Positions 49,256 to 60,132 are shown, counted from the stretch's first letter. The stretch: 64,000 nucleotides of DNA from a virus (IMGVR_UViG_3300010354_000067:10050-74049), one strand, 5' to 3'. The notes: a model not told the origin generated them from the sequence alone. Numbers and translations: made by a program.

Positions 49256-49324
49256 TTGACAAAGGCGTACCATTTTTGGTACACTATTGACACGGAAACT
49301 GGCGCACTGAGTTACGGAGAATGT

Positions 49325-49789
49325 ATGAAGCAGACAGCCGTCATATTTGATATGGACGGTACTCTTGCAGATGTGTCATCTATTAGGCATCACCTAAAGT
49401 TTTATGATGATACAAAGCGCAGAGTTATCAAGCACTTTGATAAGTTTCATGATGAGTCTGTCAATGTACCCCCGCACTCTCATGTAGTGAGTGCAGCGCA
49501 GGTAGCGCATATGCTAGGCCATGCTGTGCTTATCGTTACTGCACGCAAGCACATGTGGCGTCACCATACTGCATGGTGGCTTGCAATGCATAGCGTTCCT
49601 AGCGATGCGCTATTCATGCGGGGTAATGAGGATAATAGAAAAGATTATGAGGTAAAGAAAGACATACTTGACACAATTCGTCAAGCATATAATGTAATAC
49701 ATGCATGGGACGACAATCCTTCTATCATCAAACTATGGACAGAAGAGGGAATTCCATGTACAATTGTGGAGGGATGGGATCATGGCTAG
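49325..49789 (+). CDS. HAD phosphatase (PNKP 3'-phosphatase-like)
   Basis: FDMDGTL, VTAR, K, WDDN. Confidence 0.8.
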   Translation: MKQTAVIFDMDGTLADVSSIRHHLKFYDDTKRRVIKHFDKFHDESVNVPPHSHVVSAAQVAHMLGHAVLIVTARKHMWRHHTAWWLAMHSVPSDALFMRGNEDNRKDYEVKKDILDTIRQAYNVIHAWDDNPSIIKLWTEEGIPCTIVEGWDHG

Positions 49790-49933
49790 AAAGAAAGAGA
49801 GCCATGTCCCAGACCCTACACCAGATAGGCAACTAGAGCACCCATCTGGATGGTGTATAACTGGACACCATGATGGATGCAAGTATCAATTTGATCATGG
49901 TAAGTGTGGATGTATTTGTCATAAGGAGAAGAA

Positions 49934-50170
49934 ATGAGCAAGTCTAAGTATGGAAATAGTAATCTTTATATGACTACCCGCGAGTTTGCGGATCTAGTTA
50001 TTGAGGTTCTACATGAGCAGAATTATTTTAAGAAGGATGATACTGCTCATCCAGGCGACATTTGTTTTGCTTTCTCTACTATTTCTGAGACTATTGGCGC
50101 AGCAATGTCTTGGGCTATTCAGCAGGAGGCAAAGGTGGTTACAGATAAGAAGAACGCTGGATATCTTTAA
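49934..50170 (+). CDS. Hypothetical protein
   Basis: AGGAG RBS. Confidence 0.5.
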   Translation: MSKSKYGNSNLYMTTREFADLVIEVLHEQNYFKKDDTAHPGDICFAFSTISETIGAAMSWAIQQEAKVVTDKKNAGYL

Positions 50171-50349
50171 TGCCAACCTATACATACATTTGTGCAATGT
50201 GCGGTCAATTTGATTGGATTCATCCAATGAATGAAGACTTGCTATATTGTCCTAAATGTGGAATACCTGACTTCAAGAAGGTATTTGGAAATGTAGGAAT
50301 ATCGTTTAAGGGTTCTGGATTTTATTCTACGGATAGTAAGGGCAAGTAA
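50170..50349 (+). CDS. FmdB family Zn-ribbon protein (not in ORF track)
   Basis: MPTYTYICAMCG...CPKCG...ISFKGSGFYSTD. Confidence 0.85.
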   Translation: MPTYTYICAMCGQFDWIHPMNEDLLYCPKCGIPDFKKVFGNVGISFKGSGFYSTDSKGK

Positions 50350-51398
50350 TGCAAAAATATATCGATACCGCTCTTTGTTTTGACGATATCCTTCTTGTTC
50401 CACAGAGAAGTTCAGTTTCATCACGGCATTCAGTAGATACAAAAATGATTATTGGAAGTGGCAAGAGGGCTATCAGTCTTGATCTTCCCGTTGTTGCTGC
50501 ACCTATGGATACCGTTTGTGATATTGAAATGTGCATTGCTATGGCTAACGCAGGAGGATTGGGAATCCTTCATAGATATATGACATATGAAGAGCAGGTA
50601 AAAAAGGCCAAGACGCTTGCTGATGCAGAGTTTGGATTTGGCGTTGCAATTGCATCTAACAATGGTTTTCTTGAGCAGGCTCAGGCACTTTATTACGCAG
50701 GAGTGAGAATGCTTCTTGTTGATACGGCAAATGGGCACGGCAAGTATGCCATCAATGCGGTCAAGGCCTTGAGAGATAAGTTTGACGATGTACATATTAT
50801 GGCAGGGAATGTAGCAACTGCTGACGGATTTGCTCGTCTTGCAGAGGCAGGAGCAGACTCTGTTCGTGTTGGAATTGGCGGCGGTAGCGCATGTACTACT
50901 CGTATTGTAAGTGGTCATGGAGTTCCTACACTGGCATCTATTATGGACTGTGATGCATGGCTAGAAAACTTTGGCTCAAATGGAATCGATACTTGTTCAA
51001 TCGTTGCTGATGGCGGAATTAGAAACTCAGGCGATATGGTCAAGGCATTTGCTGCTGGAGCACATGCAGTCATGATAGGATCTATGCTTGCTGGAACAGA
51101 TGAGTCTCCTGGCACGGTCTTTATCAATGAGCAAGGCCAGCATGTTAAGGCCTTTCGTGGAATGGCTTCACGAGAGGCACAAAAGGATGCTACAGGCAAT
51201 GTAAGCGTAGCGGAGGGAATTAGCACAACAATTCCCTACAAGGGATCTGTTAAAAACATTATTGATGAAATTCGTGGCGGCATAGGAAGTGGCTGCTCAT
51301 ACTCAGGAGTTTATAATCTATTTGAACTATCTTCTTTTGCAAAGTATGTCAAGGTAACTCACGCATCTCTCAATGAGTCTAAGCCTCACGCACAATAG
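50349..51398 (+). CDS. guaB: IMP dehydrogenase/GMP reductase family, no CBS domains
   Basis: [36 protein letters not shown]. Confidence 0.85.
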   Translation: MQKYIDTALCFDDILLVPQRSSVSSRHSVDTKMIIGSGKRAISLDLPVVAAPMDTVCDIEMCIAMANAGGLGILHRYMTYEEQVKKAKTLADAEFGFGVAIASNNGFLEQAQALYYAGVRMLLVDTANGHGKYAINAVKALRDKFDDVHIMAGNVATADGFARLAEAGADSVRVGIGGGSACTTRIVSGHGVPTLASIMDCDAWLENFGSNGIDTCSIVADGGIRNSGDMVKAFAAGAHAVMIGSMLAGTDESPGTVFINEQGQHVKAFRGMASREAQKDATGNVSVAEGISTTIPYKGSVKNIIDEIRGGIGSGCSYSGVYNLFELSSFAKYVKVTHASLNESKPHAQ

Positions 51399-51407
51399 GA
51401 GTTAATA

Positions 51408-52481
51408 ATGAACGAGTGGAAGCCTCTTAGTCGCAAGGATCAGCCTAAGGTGAGCAATGTTGAGATGGACAGCATTACCTCTCAACTTATTCTTCCTTTT
51501 GATTATGAATCAGATGGGCTTGAAAGTTTTTATCCTTATGACATTCCTGCTGATCTACCAGATCAGTGGGGCATTGGCGTTATTGTAGGAGCAAGTGGCA
51601 CTGGCAAGTCTACGCTGTTGCAAGAATTCGGTACATATGAAAAAGTACAGTGGAATCATAACATGTCTATTGCATCCCATTTTGGCAGCGCAGAAGAGGC
51701 GAGCGAATTGCTAGCAGCAGCAGGACTTATGAGTGTGCCAGAATGGATTAAGCCATATGATGTATTATCTACAGGTCAGAAATTTAGGGCTGACCTAGCG
51801 AGGAGTATTAAAAATAATGCTGTTATTGATGAGTTTACTTCTGTTGTTGATCGTAACGTTGCTAAGGCTGCTTCTACTGCACTATCACGATACGTCCGTA
51901 AAAACGGCGTTAGAAATATTGTGGTGGCTACTTGCCATAGGGACGTTCTTGAATTTCTGGAGCCTGATTGGGTCATAGATACTGATAAGGGTGCTTGGTC
52001 TATCTCTAAGGAGTGGCAAAGGCGACCTCAACTGGATCTCACAATTTATCCGTGCGACTACACCCTTTGGGGCTACTTCGCTCCATATCACTACCTCACA
52101 GGAAACATCAACAGATCAGCACATTGTTATGTTGGGATCTGGGAAGGACAATTAGTTGCGTTTAATTCATGTATCACAGCACCGAACGGTAATTACAAGA
52201 ACGCTTATCGCGGTCACCGTCTTGTCGTGCATCCTGACTATCAGGGGTTTGGTTTTGGCCCAAAGATCAGCGAGGCGGTAGCACAACATTATGTGGACAA
52301 TGGCAAGCGTTACTTTGCAAAGACTGCCCATCCTAGGCTCGGGGGGTACAGGGATAGCAGCCCTCTGTGGAAGCCTACTAGCAAGAATCATATGAAGCGT
52401 AAGGATGGTGCAGGAAATACGCGATGGGAAATCAATCCAGATAGATGGACATTTTCTCATGAGTATATTGGCACGGTATAA
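51408..52481 (+). CDS. ABC-type ATPase fused to GNAT acetyltransferase
   Basis: GASGTGKS, LSTGQ, IDEFTS, ATCH; RLVVHPDYQGFGFG. Confidence 0.8.
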   Translation: MNEWKPLSRKDQPKVSNVEMDSITSQLILPFDYESDGLESFYPYDIPADLPDQWGIGVIVGASGTGKSTLLQEFGTYEKVQWNHNMSIASHFGSAEEASELLAAAGLMSVPEWIKPYDVLSTGQKFRADLARSIKNNAVIDEFTSVVDRNVAKAASTALSRYVRKNGVRNIVVATCHRDVLEFLEPDWVIDTDKGAWSISKEWQRRPQLDLTIYPCDYTLWGYFAPYHYLTGNINRSAHCYVGIWEGQLVAFNSCITAPNGNYKNAYRGHRLVVHPDYQGFGFGPKISEAVAQHYVDNGKRYFAKTAHPRLGGYRDSSPLWKPTSKNHMKRKDGAGNTRWEINPDRWTFSHEYIGTV

Positions 52482-52482
52482 T

Positions 52483-54944
52483 ATGAGAGTCAATGTATTT
52501 CGACAACCATCCATGGAGCCATTCGTGGCTCACATGAGAATAATGTATGAGGAAAACATGAGAAAAGATACCGAACCATACTGGAGAGAAAGAATATCAA
52601 AAGAAATACTGTGGGCATGTGAGCACAGTATTGAGCCATGTATTGAATGTGAAGAACTGTCTTATTTTATTAAGAATGGATTGAGAAATGCCTCATGAGA
52701 AGTTTTGTAAATCATACTATCCAGATCTAATAAAGATTGAAGACTGCAACTGGTGTGACTCACTTAGTAAGTTACGGGTTGACATAGCAAATGACGTTGC
52801 GCTATACTTTAGTCGCCACCCACAATTTGCAAAAGTGCATACAGACTTTATTAATAAACTTATCCTAGGAGAATGAAATGTTGATTGATCTTGACACGGA
52901 GCAGTGGAAGTATATTCATGATGTAATGACAAAAAGCCTGAATAACAATACTGAAATATTGTCAATTGATGACAAGATAATGCACAACGAGATTGTTCGT
53001 CGTATTAAAAGTAGACTTAAGTAAGATTGGAAATAGAGCATGAATCCACAGCAGGAAGATATCGAGCGCAAGGAATGGGAGGCACACAAGATGGTCTGTC
53101 TCGCAAAGAACCAGTGTCCATATTCTGGACTAGACGGTCCTGAATGTAAGTCTTGGCTTTGTGATTGTTTTGAGTTTGAAGATATTTGGGGAGTGAGCCA
53201 AAAGTGAAGGGTCATGACGGACTGTGCCCAACACCAAATCCTACAATGTTTGATCGTAAGCATTGTGCATATTGCAATTTGATTGATACTGTTCGTGAGC
53301 ATTATCGTGAGAAGGGCAAGGGCAGCAAGACATATGAAGAAGGCTATCATGATGGATGGTCTGCTGCTATTGACAAACTTAAAGAGTTGGCGTAAAATGG
53401 ATGCCGTTGCGCTAGTAAGGCGTGATGACTTCTACGATATTCTTATCAATAATAAGAAGGTAGGGTCTGGCTTTTGGCGGTGGGTAGACACAGCCTATTA
53501 TTTCTATCGTCTAGAAGGAATGGAAGTAAAAATCTATGAGTGATTACAACGAACTGCCTCTTTACCTTGATGAAACTGGAGAAAAGACTACTGTAGATAT
53601 GTGGGTATATACAGAGCCAAATAAGTTCTTCATTATCAATGATGTTAATAATAATCCAGTTTGCTATCAAGGATGGTGGACGATTCCATTCATTCAATAC
53701 AATCGTTACGCTACCGTACACATTGAAGCGTCTAAGGTAATGTATTTCGTAACGATAGACAATAAAAAGGTAGAAGATTATGATTAAAGTCCAGCCTAAT
53801 AGGTCTAAGCGGGAATCTATTCAGCGTACCGAAAGTGGTACGGTTGTGCCAACACGGGAGAAGCAATGACTAATGTAAAATGTTGGAACTGTGGCAACGA
53901 TTTTGAGCATGTAAGTTCGGCGCGAAAAACAGAGACACGCGGCCAATCTATGGACACTAGCCCCGCATGGTGGAATGGCAATATTGCTATTGACTTTTCC
54001 ACTAATGAATGGGAATATGTCCTGAATGGCCTGAGTGCTCTGCTTGATAATGCCTATCTTTGGGGATGGGCAGACACAGAAGTAGAAACAGACATTCGTA
54101 ATATCATTGATCGTATTGAGAAGAATATTGGTTTGGAATGACTTGGAACTATCGAATCGTGGCGGTACAGCATGATTGGGGTATTGAATATGGGATACAT
54201 GAAGTCTATTATGATGAGAATGAGAAGCCTATTTTTTATACATCAAACCCCGTGCCCTGCGTGGGAGATACGTTACAAGAAGCATATGCCTCATTTGAAA
54301 AGATGCGTATGGCATTTGGTATGCCAACCCTGACAGAAAAAGATTTTCCATGACAGATCTATGGTGGGCGAGTTGGGTGCTCGCTGCCTTTGGTGTTGCC
54401 ACCATGTTTTTTGCAGGGCAGAAGAAGTGGTGGGCATGGTGTATTGGACTCTTGACAGAAGCACTATGGATTTGGTATGCTGTTATCACTCAGCAATATG
54501 GATTTATCGTTGCAGCATTGGCGTATATGATGGTGTATTTCAGAAACACTCTCAAGTGGAAAAACGGTGGTATTCGATGAAGTGGTTGAGAAAGAAGAAA
54601 GACGTTCCTATTGGTTACCATATGATGAAAGTAGAACTTGCCAAAAGGGACATGTATATCAGTCAACTAAAGGAAGAGATTGACTATCTTAAACAACGAA
54701 TTATAGAACTAGAATATCGTCCTGAATACTATGATTAAGGCGGGGGTAGAGAATGAATGAATTAGGATTCTACTATATAGAAGTACATGAAGCATGGTTT
54801 CATACACCTACTAGTAGTCTAATATTCCTAGATGAACTCTTCACCAGAAACGATGAAGAAATACATGCATTGGTGTTTGAACGTACAGGGGAAAACCCCT
54901 CAGAATGGCTGATAGAGCGTTTAAAATACCCTTTTGAAGACTGA
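52483..54944 (+). other. Cluster of ~12 small hypothetical genes
   Basis: Tightly packed short + strand ORFs with overlapping start/stop (e.g. 52688, 53536, 54138, 54753). Confidence 0.55.
54350..54580 (+). CDS. Small 3-TM membrane protein (PnuC-like half)
   Basis: WW.W...G.KKWWAW.IG...LWIWYA..TQQYGF. Confidence 0.5.
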   Translation: MTDLWWASWVLAAFGVATMFFAGQKKWWAWCIGLLTEALWIWYAVITQQYGFIVAALAYMMVYFRNTLKWKNGGIR

Positions 54945-55237
54945 TTTTGAGTCAATGAATGTTACTGTGTTATTTGGTGTGGATGGGATTGGGTTAAAGT
55001 GGATGAAAATGGGTTATAGAACAGAAGAAATAATCTTCGTAATCATTTTTTTGCTGCAAATCGCTGCCCCCAAAACACATCAAAACATGCGGGAATTTCC
55101 CCAAAATGTTACACAACCGTTATCAAAACGTTATAAACCAATTAATTATTTTCAAAAACATGGGCGATTTTTGAGATGCGTTCGTAATACTTTTTTTAAA
55201 TAAATTCGGACATGTTCCGGTCTGTCCCTATGTACTT
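54945..55237. other. Non-coding convergence zone between + and - arms, with repeats
   Basis: AT-rich; GTTAY x3 at 11-bp spacing; TTCGTAAT repeats. Confidence 0.55.
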
Positions 55238-55756
55238 CTATATAGCATAGATATCTATAGGACCAGAACAGGAGGGGGATATTTCTACCGCCGCAGACAA
55301 TGCTACTTTAATTCTTCTCTCTTGGTCTGCCCAATTGCGGGTGGTATAAAGAGATCCCAATGCAACATTGTTACCACTACCTATAGAAGACTCTGCAAAC
55401 TCGCATACCGACCAATCTTCTGATGATACTTCAAATAATCTACCATTGACTCCAATGAGCCAATCAGTTGAATTATCTTCTAAATGAGAAGCATTGCCAA
55501 ATTCCTCAATAGCAGTTTTGAGTGACTTAACAAAGGTGGTTCGTAAAGTCTTTTCTATGTTCTTTCCTATAGGGGGTAGATCTATATAATGTGCTAATTC
55601 ACCAATGCCAAGACTACCCGCGAATCCAATGAGATAATCCCCACACTGCTTGACTTTTGGGCGGGTAAGTGGTAAGAGAGTATTCCCATCTGATGCTGCT
55701 CTCTCTCCCCCTATATATACAATACCATCTCTGGCAATTCCTACAATACATGTCAT
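55238..55756 (-). CDS. HslV/proteasome-beta-like Ntn hydrolase
   Basis: MTCIVG N-terminal Thr; GFAGS; SIGSG..ALGSL; leaderless after TTGAAA-17-TATAAT (55791-55763). Confidence 0.75.
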   Translation of the reverse strand: MTCIVGIARDGIVYIGGERAASDGNTLLPLTRPKVKQCGDYLIGFAGSLGIGELAHYIDLPPIGKNIEKTLRTTFVKSLKTAIEEFGNASHLEDNSTDWLIGVNGRLFEVSSEDWSVCEFAESSIGSGNNVALGSLYTTRNWADQERRIKVALSAAVEISPSCSGPIDIYAI

Positions 55757-55964
55757 GGTCGCATTATATCCTAACTCGGGCGATTTTTCAAGTCCTTCGT
55801 AATACTTTTTATTTTGCAGATTCGGGCGATTTTATACATTCTTCGTAATGCTTTTTTATTTTTATTAAAGTTCCGGCCCCTACCCGCAGGATGCGAGCAG
55901 GAACAGGATAAAGAGAAACAAAACACATCCACCAAGGAATGCAGTTAATGCATCTCCACTGTGA

Positions 55965-56234
55965 TTACTCAAAGGTCATCACATCCTCTAGTGAGGAATA
56001 TTCTCCATAGTGGTCTACCTCTACAACCTCACAGAATGATTGCCACGTTTGCTCTATGAATGAGCGTCCTGCATCTGTAAGTGTTACAGCACCATTGACC
56101 ACAAGTACCGCCGCAGGGAAGCCAAGGTCGTTGTGTTCTATAAAGTCTGCATATTCTTCTGACCCTGAGTAGTCCATATAAAAGTCACTCAGTATCTCGC
56201 ACTTCTTAGAAAAGGGTGTATTGTCCATCGCCAA
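55965..56234 (-). CDS. Acidic hypothetical protein
   Basis: KCEILSD...NDLGFP.A. Confidence 0.55.
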   Translation of the reverse strand: MAMDNTPFSKKCEILSDFYMDYSGSEEYADFIEHNDLGFPAAVLVVNGAVTLTDAGRSFIEQTWQSFCEVVEVDHYGEYSSLEDVMTFE

Positions 56235-56409
56235 CTCCTGGTAGTTCGTCGTTATATGCCTTGATACTATTTGCCATTTCTACCAACTGATCGCGTACCC
56301 CCAAAGGAGACAGGTTGATAAGATGGAAGCCAAGCATATGCATGTCCATAGTAGTGTAACGCATATCTATAACCATGTCAAGCATCTTGATCGCTACTCT
56401 TTGCATCAT
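56206..56409 (-). CDS. Hypothetical protein
   Basis: GGAGG RBS after promoter 56445-56417. Confidence 0.5.
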   Translation of the reverse strand: MMQRVAIKMLDMVIDMRYTTMDMHMLGFHLINLSPLGVRDQLVEMANSIKAYNDELPGVGDGQYTLF

Positions 56410-56468
56410 ACCTCCAAGCATACAGGATGGGGGGCAGCCTGTCAAGACTACCCCCCAACCAATTTATG

Positions 56469-56627
56469 TTAGCGAGACTTGACAGTCTGGCCCTTGCGAA
56501 GCGCGGTAAGCGAGATGTTGTCCACAAACTTACCATTACGACGGATAACGATACGATCCGACAGACCGTAGCGGGTATCCCACTGCTCCAGATAATTGTA
56601 GGTTGGAGCCTTCTTCTTGCTTGCCAT
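56469..56627 (-). CDS. Small basic protein (not in ORF track)
   Basis: MASKKKAPTYNYLEQWDTRYG..., AAGGAG RBS. Confidence 0.6.
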   Translation of the reverse strand: MASKKKAPTYNYLEQWDTRYGLSDRIVIRRNGKFVDNISLTALRKGQTVKSR

Positions 56628-56667
56628 TATTTCTCCTTAGTTAGATATATCTTCCTATTGGGAAGTC

Positions 56668-56826
56668 TTAGAATACCTGCTCAATTACAGGCTCGCCAAA
56701 ATAGATAAACTCATCTGACGATGTATCCATGTCGTCCATAGTGCAGTATGCAGCCGTCACCTTATGCTCATCAGATGAACGCACCAGAAAAGCCACGGGA
56801 ACCTTGACGAGATACAGATTATCCAT
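56668..56826 (-). CDS. Small hypothetical protein (not in ORF track)
   Basis: MDNLYLVKVPVAFLVRSS..., 52 aa. Confidence 0.45.
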   Translation of the reverse strand: MDNLYLVKVPVAFLVRSSDEHKVTAAYCTMDDMDTSSDEFIYFGEPVIEQVF

Positions 56827-56827
56827 G

Positions 56828-57121
56828 TTACACCTTCTCAATCATAGACAGCGGAGTTGTGATATTAGTATAGAACCTGCCATGACGATTGTCAAGATCA
56901 ATGACAACTTTTGTGCGATTGATCTTTACTACCCGCCCTGTCGCACCATTGAGATACTTAGGATTAGTATTCACCATCTTGATACGATCACCAACCTGAA
57001 ACTCCCAGATCTTGGGACGCATATCCTTCTTACGCAACTGAATAGTCTGCATCATTCCATCCAGATACTCATCGAATTCCCCTGACAGAACAGGGACGGC
57101 AAAGTCATTATGGTAGTCCAT
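56828..57121 (-). CDS. SH3/KOW-like hypothetical protein
   Basis: FQVGDRIK...PKYLNGATGRVVKINRTKVVI. Confidence 0.55.
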   Translation of the reverse strand: MDYHNDFAVPVLSGEFDEYLDGMMQTIQLRKKDMRPKIWEFQVGDRIKMVNTNPKYLNGATGRVVKINRTKVVIDLDNRHGRFYTNITTPLSMIEKV

Positions 57122-57291
57122 TAGATCTCCTCAATCTCAATCGAATCCTGAATCTCAGTACCAGTATGCACGATCTCCTCCATATCATACGCCTGATCGT
57201 GCCAAATGTCAAGAGCCTTTCGCTTGGAATCAGCCTCAATCACGACCTCATACCAATCTTCCTCGGTCCATGAAATAAGATACTTAGGCAT
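57121..57291 (-). CDS. Small acidic protein (not in ORF track)
   Basis: MPKYLISWTEEDWYEVVIEADS..., coupled stop/start. Confidence 0.55.
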   Translation of the reverse strand: MPKYLISWTEEDWYEVVIEADSKRKALDIWHDQAYDMEEIVHTGTEIQDSIEIEEI

Positions 57292-58422
57292 TAGATCCTC
57301 CCCAGCACATTGCGGAAGCCAAGATCATAGACAAACATCTCAGTTTGGTTCCATGCAGACTCACCATAGAACAACTTAGACTTGCGAACACCATCAATGG
57401 TGTACGTCACACGGAAGAAGTCAGGGAAAGGATGACCCTGCTCAACCATAGCGTGCTTATTCTGCCCACGCCAATCTGTATCAATGAAGTCCTCAAACAA
57501 GACATACCACTTGGATACATCCTTGACAGACGGACGCTTAGACGGACGGTAGTGCGAGATGGAACTCATCATACTCCTTTAGTGTGTGGATAACGAAGTC
57601 TACACCAATCTCCCTCAGAATGTCAAGGTAGAGATCGAATTCATTTTGACCTTGGAGATCACGAATGCAGGTGGTAGTAGGTTCATCCCATACCTCCCAA
57701 TAAGGCTCACCCCTGCCACAATCAATCTCGTAGATGTGTCTCATTGTAGTATCTCCACTTGGATTCTGAATAGTCAAAGTCAAATAGTTCTAGTTGTTCA
57801 TCCATATTTATTCCTCTCGTTGGATCGTTGTTTACCACAGACTACCCCGCTTTTCAGGCACACCGACTGAGGGAGGGAGTGGTGGGGGTTGATTACTAAG
57901 TCTAGCAGTTACATCCGATAACATGTAGCGAATATCGGGGTCACCATTATCATCGATATCTGCTATCATACTAATGCACTTGGCAAGCATGTCTTGCTGA
58001 CCAAGCAGATATGCCTCTTTGATTGCTTGGTCCAAGTCATCATCAGCACCAAGAATCTGCTCCATTGCCACCGCCGTAACCTTGGTAATAGCGGCATTAG
58101 CCTCGTGTGCTAAAACAACCTCATACTCTCCCAATTGCGGGGTATCGCTCAATGGACCACGAGCACCATAAACGTGCATTCACAGTTCTCCATTCACAAC
58201 AGGGGAGGGCCAGATAGTAACGAGAGAGTTTAGCATCTGCCAACACTTCATGTCAAGGGCTTCCTCATGGCTACCCTCCTCGGGAATAGTCCAACCATAG
58301 CCAGTCTCGTCAGCAGCCTTGTCATCCCACAGGCTACCGTCAGGAAAATAGGCGGTAGGGTCAAACTCAACCCACCAACGATCCTTCTCAGAATCATATC
58401 CAACAACGTAGTGAAACTGCAT
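57291..58422 (-). other. Four small hypothetical genes (57291-57572, 57538-57783, 57832-58179, 58180-58422)
   Basis: Packed - strand ORFs. Confidence 0.5.
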
Positions 58423-58595
58423 TAGTAGTCCTCATCTTCCTCATCGTCATTACGCGGGGGGTTGTCCATGATCTGAAGCAGCCCACTATTCAGCAGGTAC
58501 TCCAACTGCCCCATGCCATCAAGGATCTCATCAGACTCAAACTCATAGTCTGCTATGCCATTGCCACAGTCAATGTAACCAGAATAAATAGGCAT
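58422..58595 (-). CDS. Small acidic protein, tandem paralog B (not in ORF track)
   Basis: MPIYSGYIDCGNGIADYEFESDEILDGMGQLEYLLNSGLLQIMDNPPRNDDEEDEDY. Confidence 0.65.
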   Translation of the reverse strand: MPIYSGYIDCGNGIADYEFESDEILDGMGQLEYLLNSGLLQIMDNPPRNDDEEDEDY

Positions 58596-58759
58596 TAGTC
58601 CTCCTCATCCAGTTCTACTCGGGGGTTGTCAACGATCTGAAGAATACCAGTATCCAGCAGGTAAGTCAACTGTCCCATGACATCCAACTCTTCCTCAGAC
58701 TCAAACTCATAGGATGCCTCCTCAAGTCCGCAGTCAATAGTTCCAGAATAAAGATACAT
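58595..58759 (-). CDS. Small acidic protein, tandem paralog A (not in ORF track)
   Basis: MYLYSGTIDCGLEEASYEFESEEELDVMGQLTYLLDTGILQIVDNPRVELDEED. Confidence 0.65.
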   Translation of the reverse strand: MYLYSGTIDCGLEEASYEFESEEELDVMGQLTYLLDTGILQIVDNPRVELDEED

Positions 58760-59937
58760 TATGCCTCCACCTCCGTTGCCTCAATGAGAATATTATCAAG
58801 GATGTGCTGAACAACCTCATTCTCGTCCATGTCGCCCATCTCGTCAAAGAATTCAGTATACATGGGCTTGCCCTCAAACTCAATATAGATATCCCAAGTC
58901 TTGTGCTCCATCATCCCTCCTGAAAATTGTGGTAGTAACGAGTCCACGGAAGTTGGGTATCATCCGTGTAGAAGTCAAGCGTGCCCTCCACGCCGTCAGA
59001 CTTGCGCTTGACAATAGCCCACCCATAGGCGAAGCCAAGCACTTCATATTGCTCTAGCATCTGCTCTTTTGTCATATCCATAGGCCCATCCTAGTCTACG
59101 CTGCTCCCCATGTCAAGCCCTCGCGCTGCCAATCTGCGCCATGCTCAAGGAAGGCAGCCTCCAACTTCTGCATCCAACGGTAGGACTGAGACTCCTCCCA
59201 TGCTCCCATGTGCTCACAAGACTGATAAGAATAGAAATGAACCATCTTGAGAGCCTGATCAAAGTCATAGGGATCATAGGTCGTGCCGTTCTTGGCGTTA
59301 GACCGTGGCTCTGTGTAATGATAGGCAGGAGCCTTCTGATACTCAGGACGATACCAACCATAGCGAGCACGCAGACTGCGGTAGTTCTCCTTACGCAACT
59401 CCCTACCAATACTAGTCTTATCACGCTTGGACAAGCCAAGGGTACTGATCCAATAGGAAAGACAATCAATCTCACTATTACTAACAGACCAAGCAGACAC
59501 TAGTCCTCATCCTCCACAGTCCAATCAGCAGAAACCTCGTTCCAGTCAAAGTTCTCAGCATCGTAGGAATCACACTCAATGTTGTATGACAGATCAAAGT
59601 CATCATTGTCGAATCCAAGCGGCACATCAGCCTCAAACTCAACCTCAATAGTCATCGTGCCCTTGATACGCTTGGTCAGTTGGATATCAAGAAGACGAGC
59701 AACCTCTTCCATGTCCTCATCAATCTCACCATTCATAGAGTAGAGATCCATGATGTGACCCTTGACATTCTCAATCTTGCGCTGAAGGTAGACATAATCG
59801 GACTGCCACCGCTCATTAGACTTCTTGAGACTCTCAATCTGAATAAGCAGATCGTCACGGTCATTGGGCACGGGGGCAGAATGAAGATTACTAATCTTCT
59901 CAGTAAGCCCAGCAATAATCTCATCTGTCGTATTCAT
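58759..59937 (-). other. Four hypothetical genes (58759-58914, 58911-59081, 59096-59500, 59500-59937)
   Basis: Coupled - strand ORFs behind promoter 59993-59964. Confidence 0.55.
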
Positions 59938-60098
59938 TACACTCCTTGGTAGTAGATGGTGCAATCCTATACGATGGGTATGACACTTGTCAAGGGGGTT
60001 TCGGTGATTTTTTGGGAGAGTTCTTAATCGTTCGTAAATGAGTTTTGGTTTTATCAAAGTGATTTCCGGCCGCCTGGGGAGCCAATTGTCAAGTGTGA

Positions 60099-60125
60099 GA
60101 GCAGTTTAGACTCATGCTCAGGAGT
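60099..60125 (-). ncRNA. Small H-type pseudoknot motif, copy 1
   Basis: ACTC-CTGAGCAT-GAGT-CTAAAC-TGCTC. Confidence 0.55.
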
Positions 60126-60132
60126 GTGATGC

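Noticed and set aside
49187-49324. N-terminal extension of the HAD ORF
   Set aside because: Overlaps tRNA-Asn and a promoter; the real start is likely 49325
54934-55203. 89-aa + strand ORF
   Set aside because: Runs through repeat-rich regulatory DNA with no RBS or protein-like features
56478-56506. Sixth copy of the TTGACA-CCGG element
   Set aside because: Has GCGG rather than CCGG, lacks TCGTAA and lies inside a coding sequence
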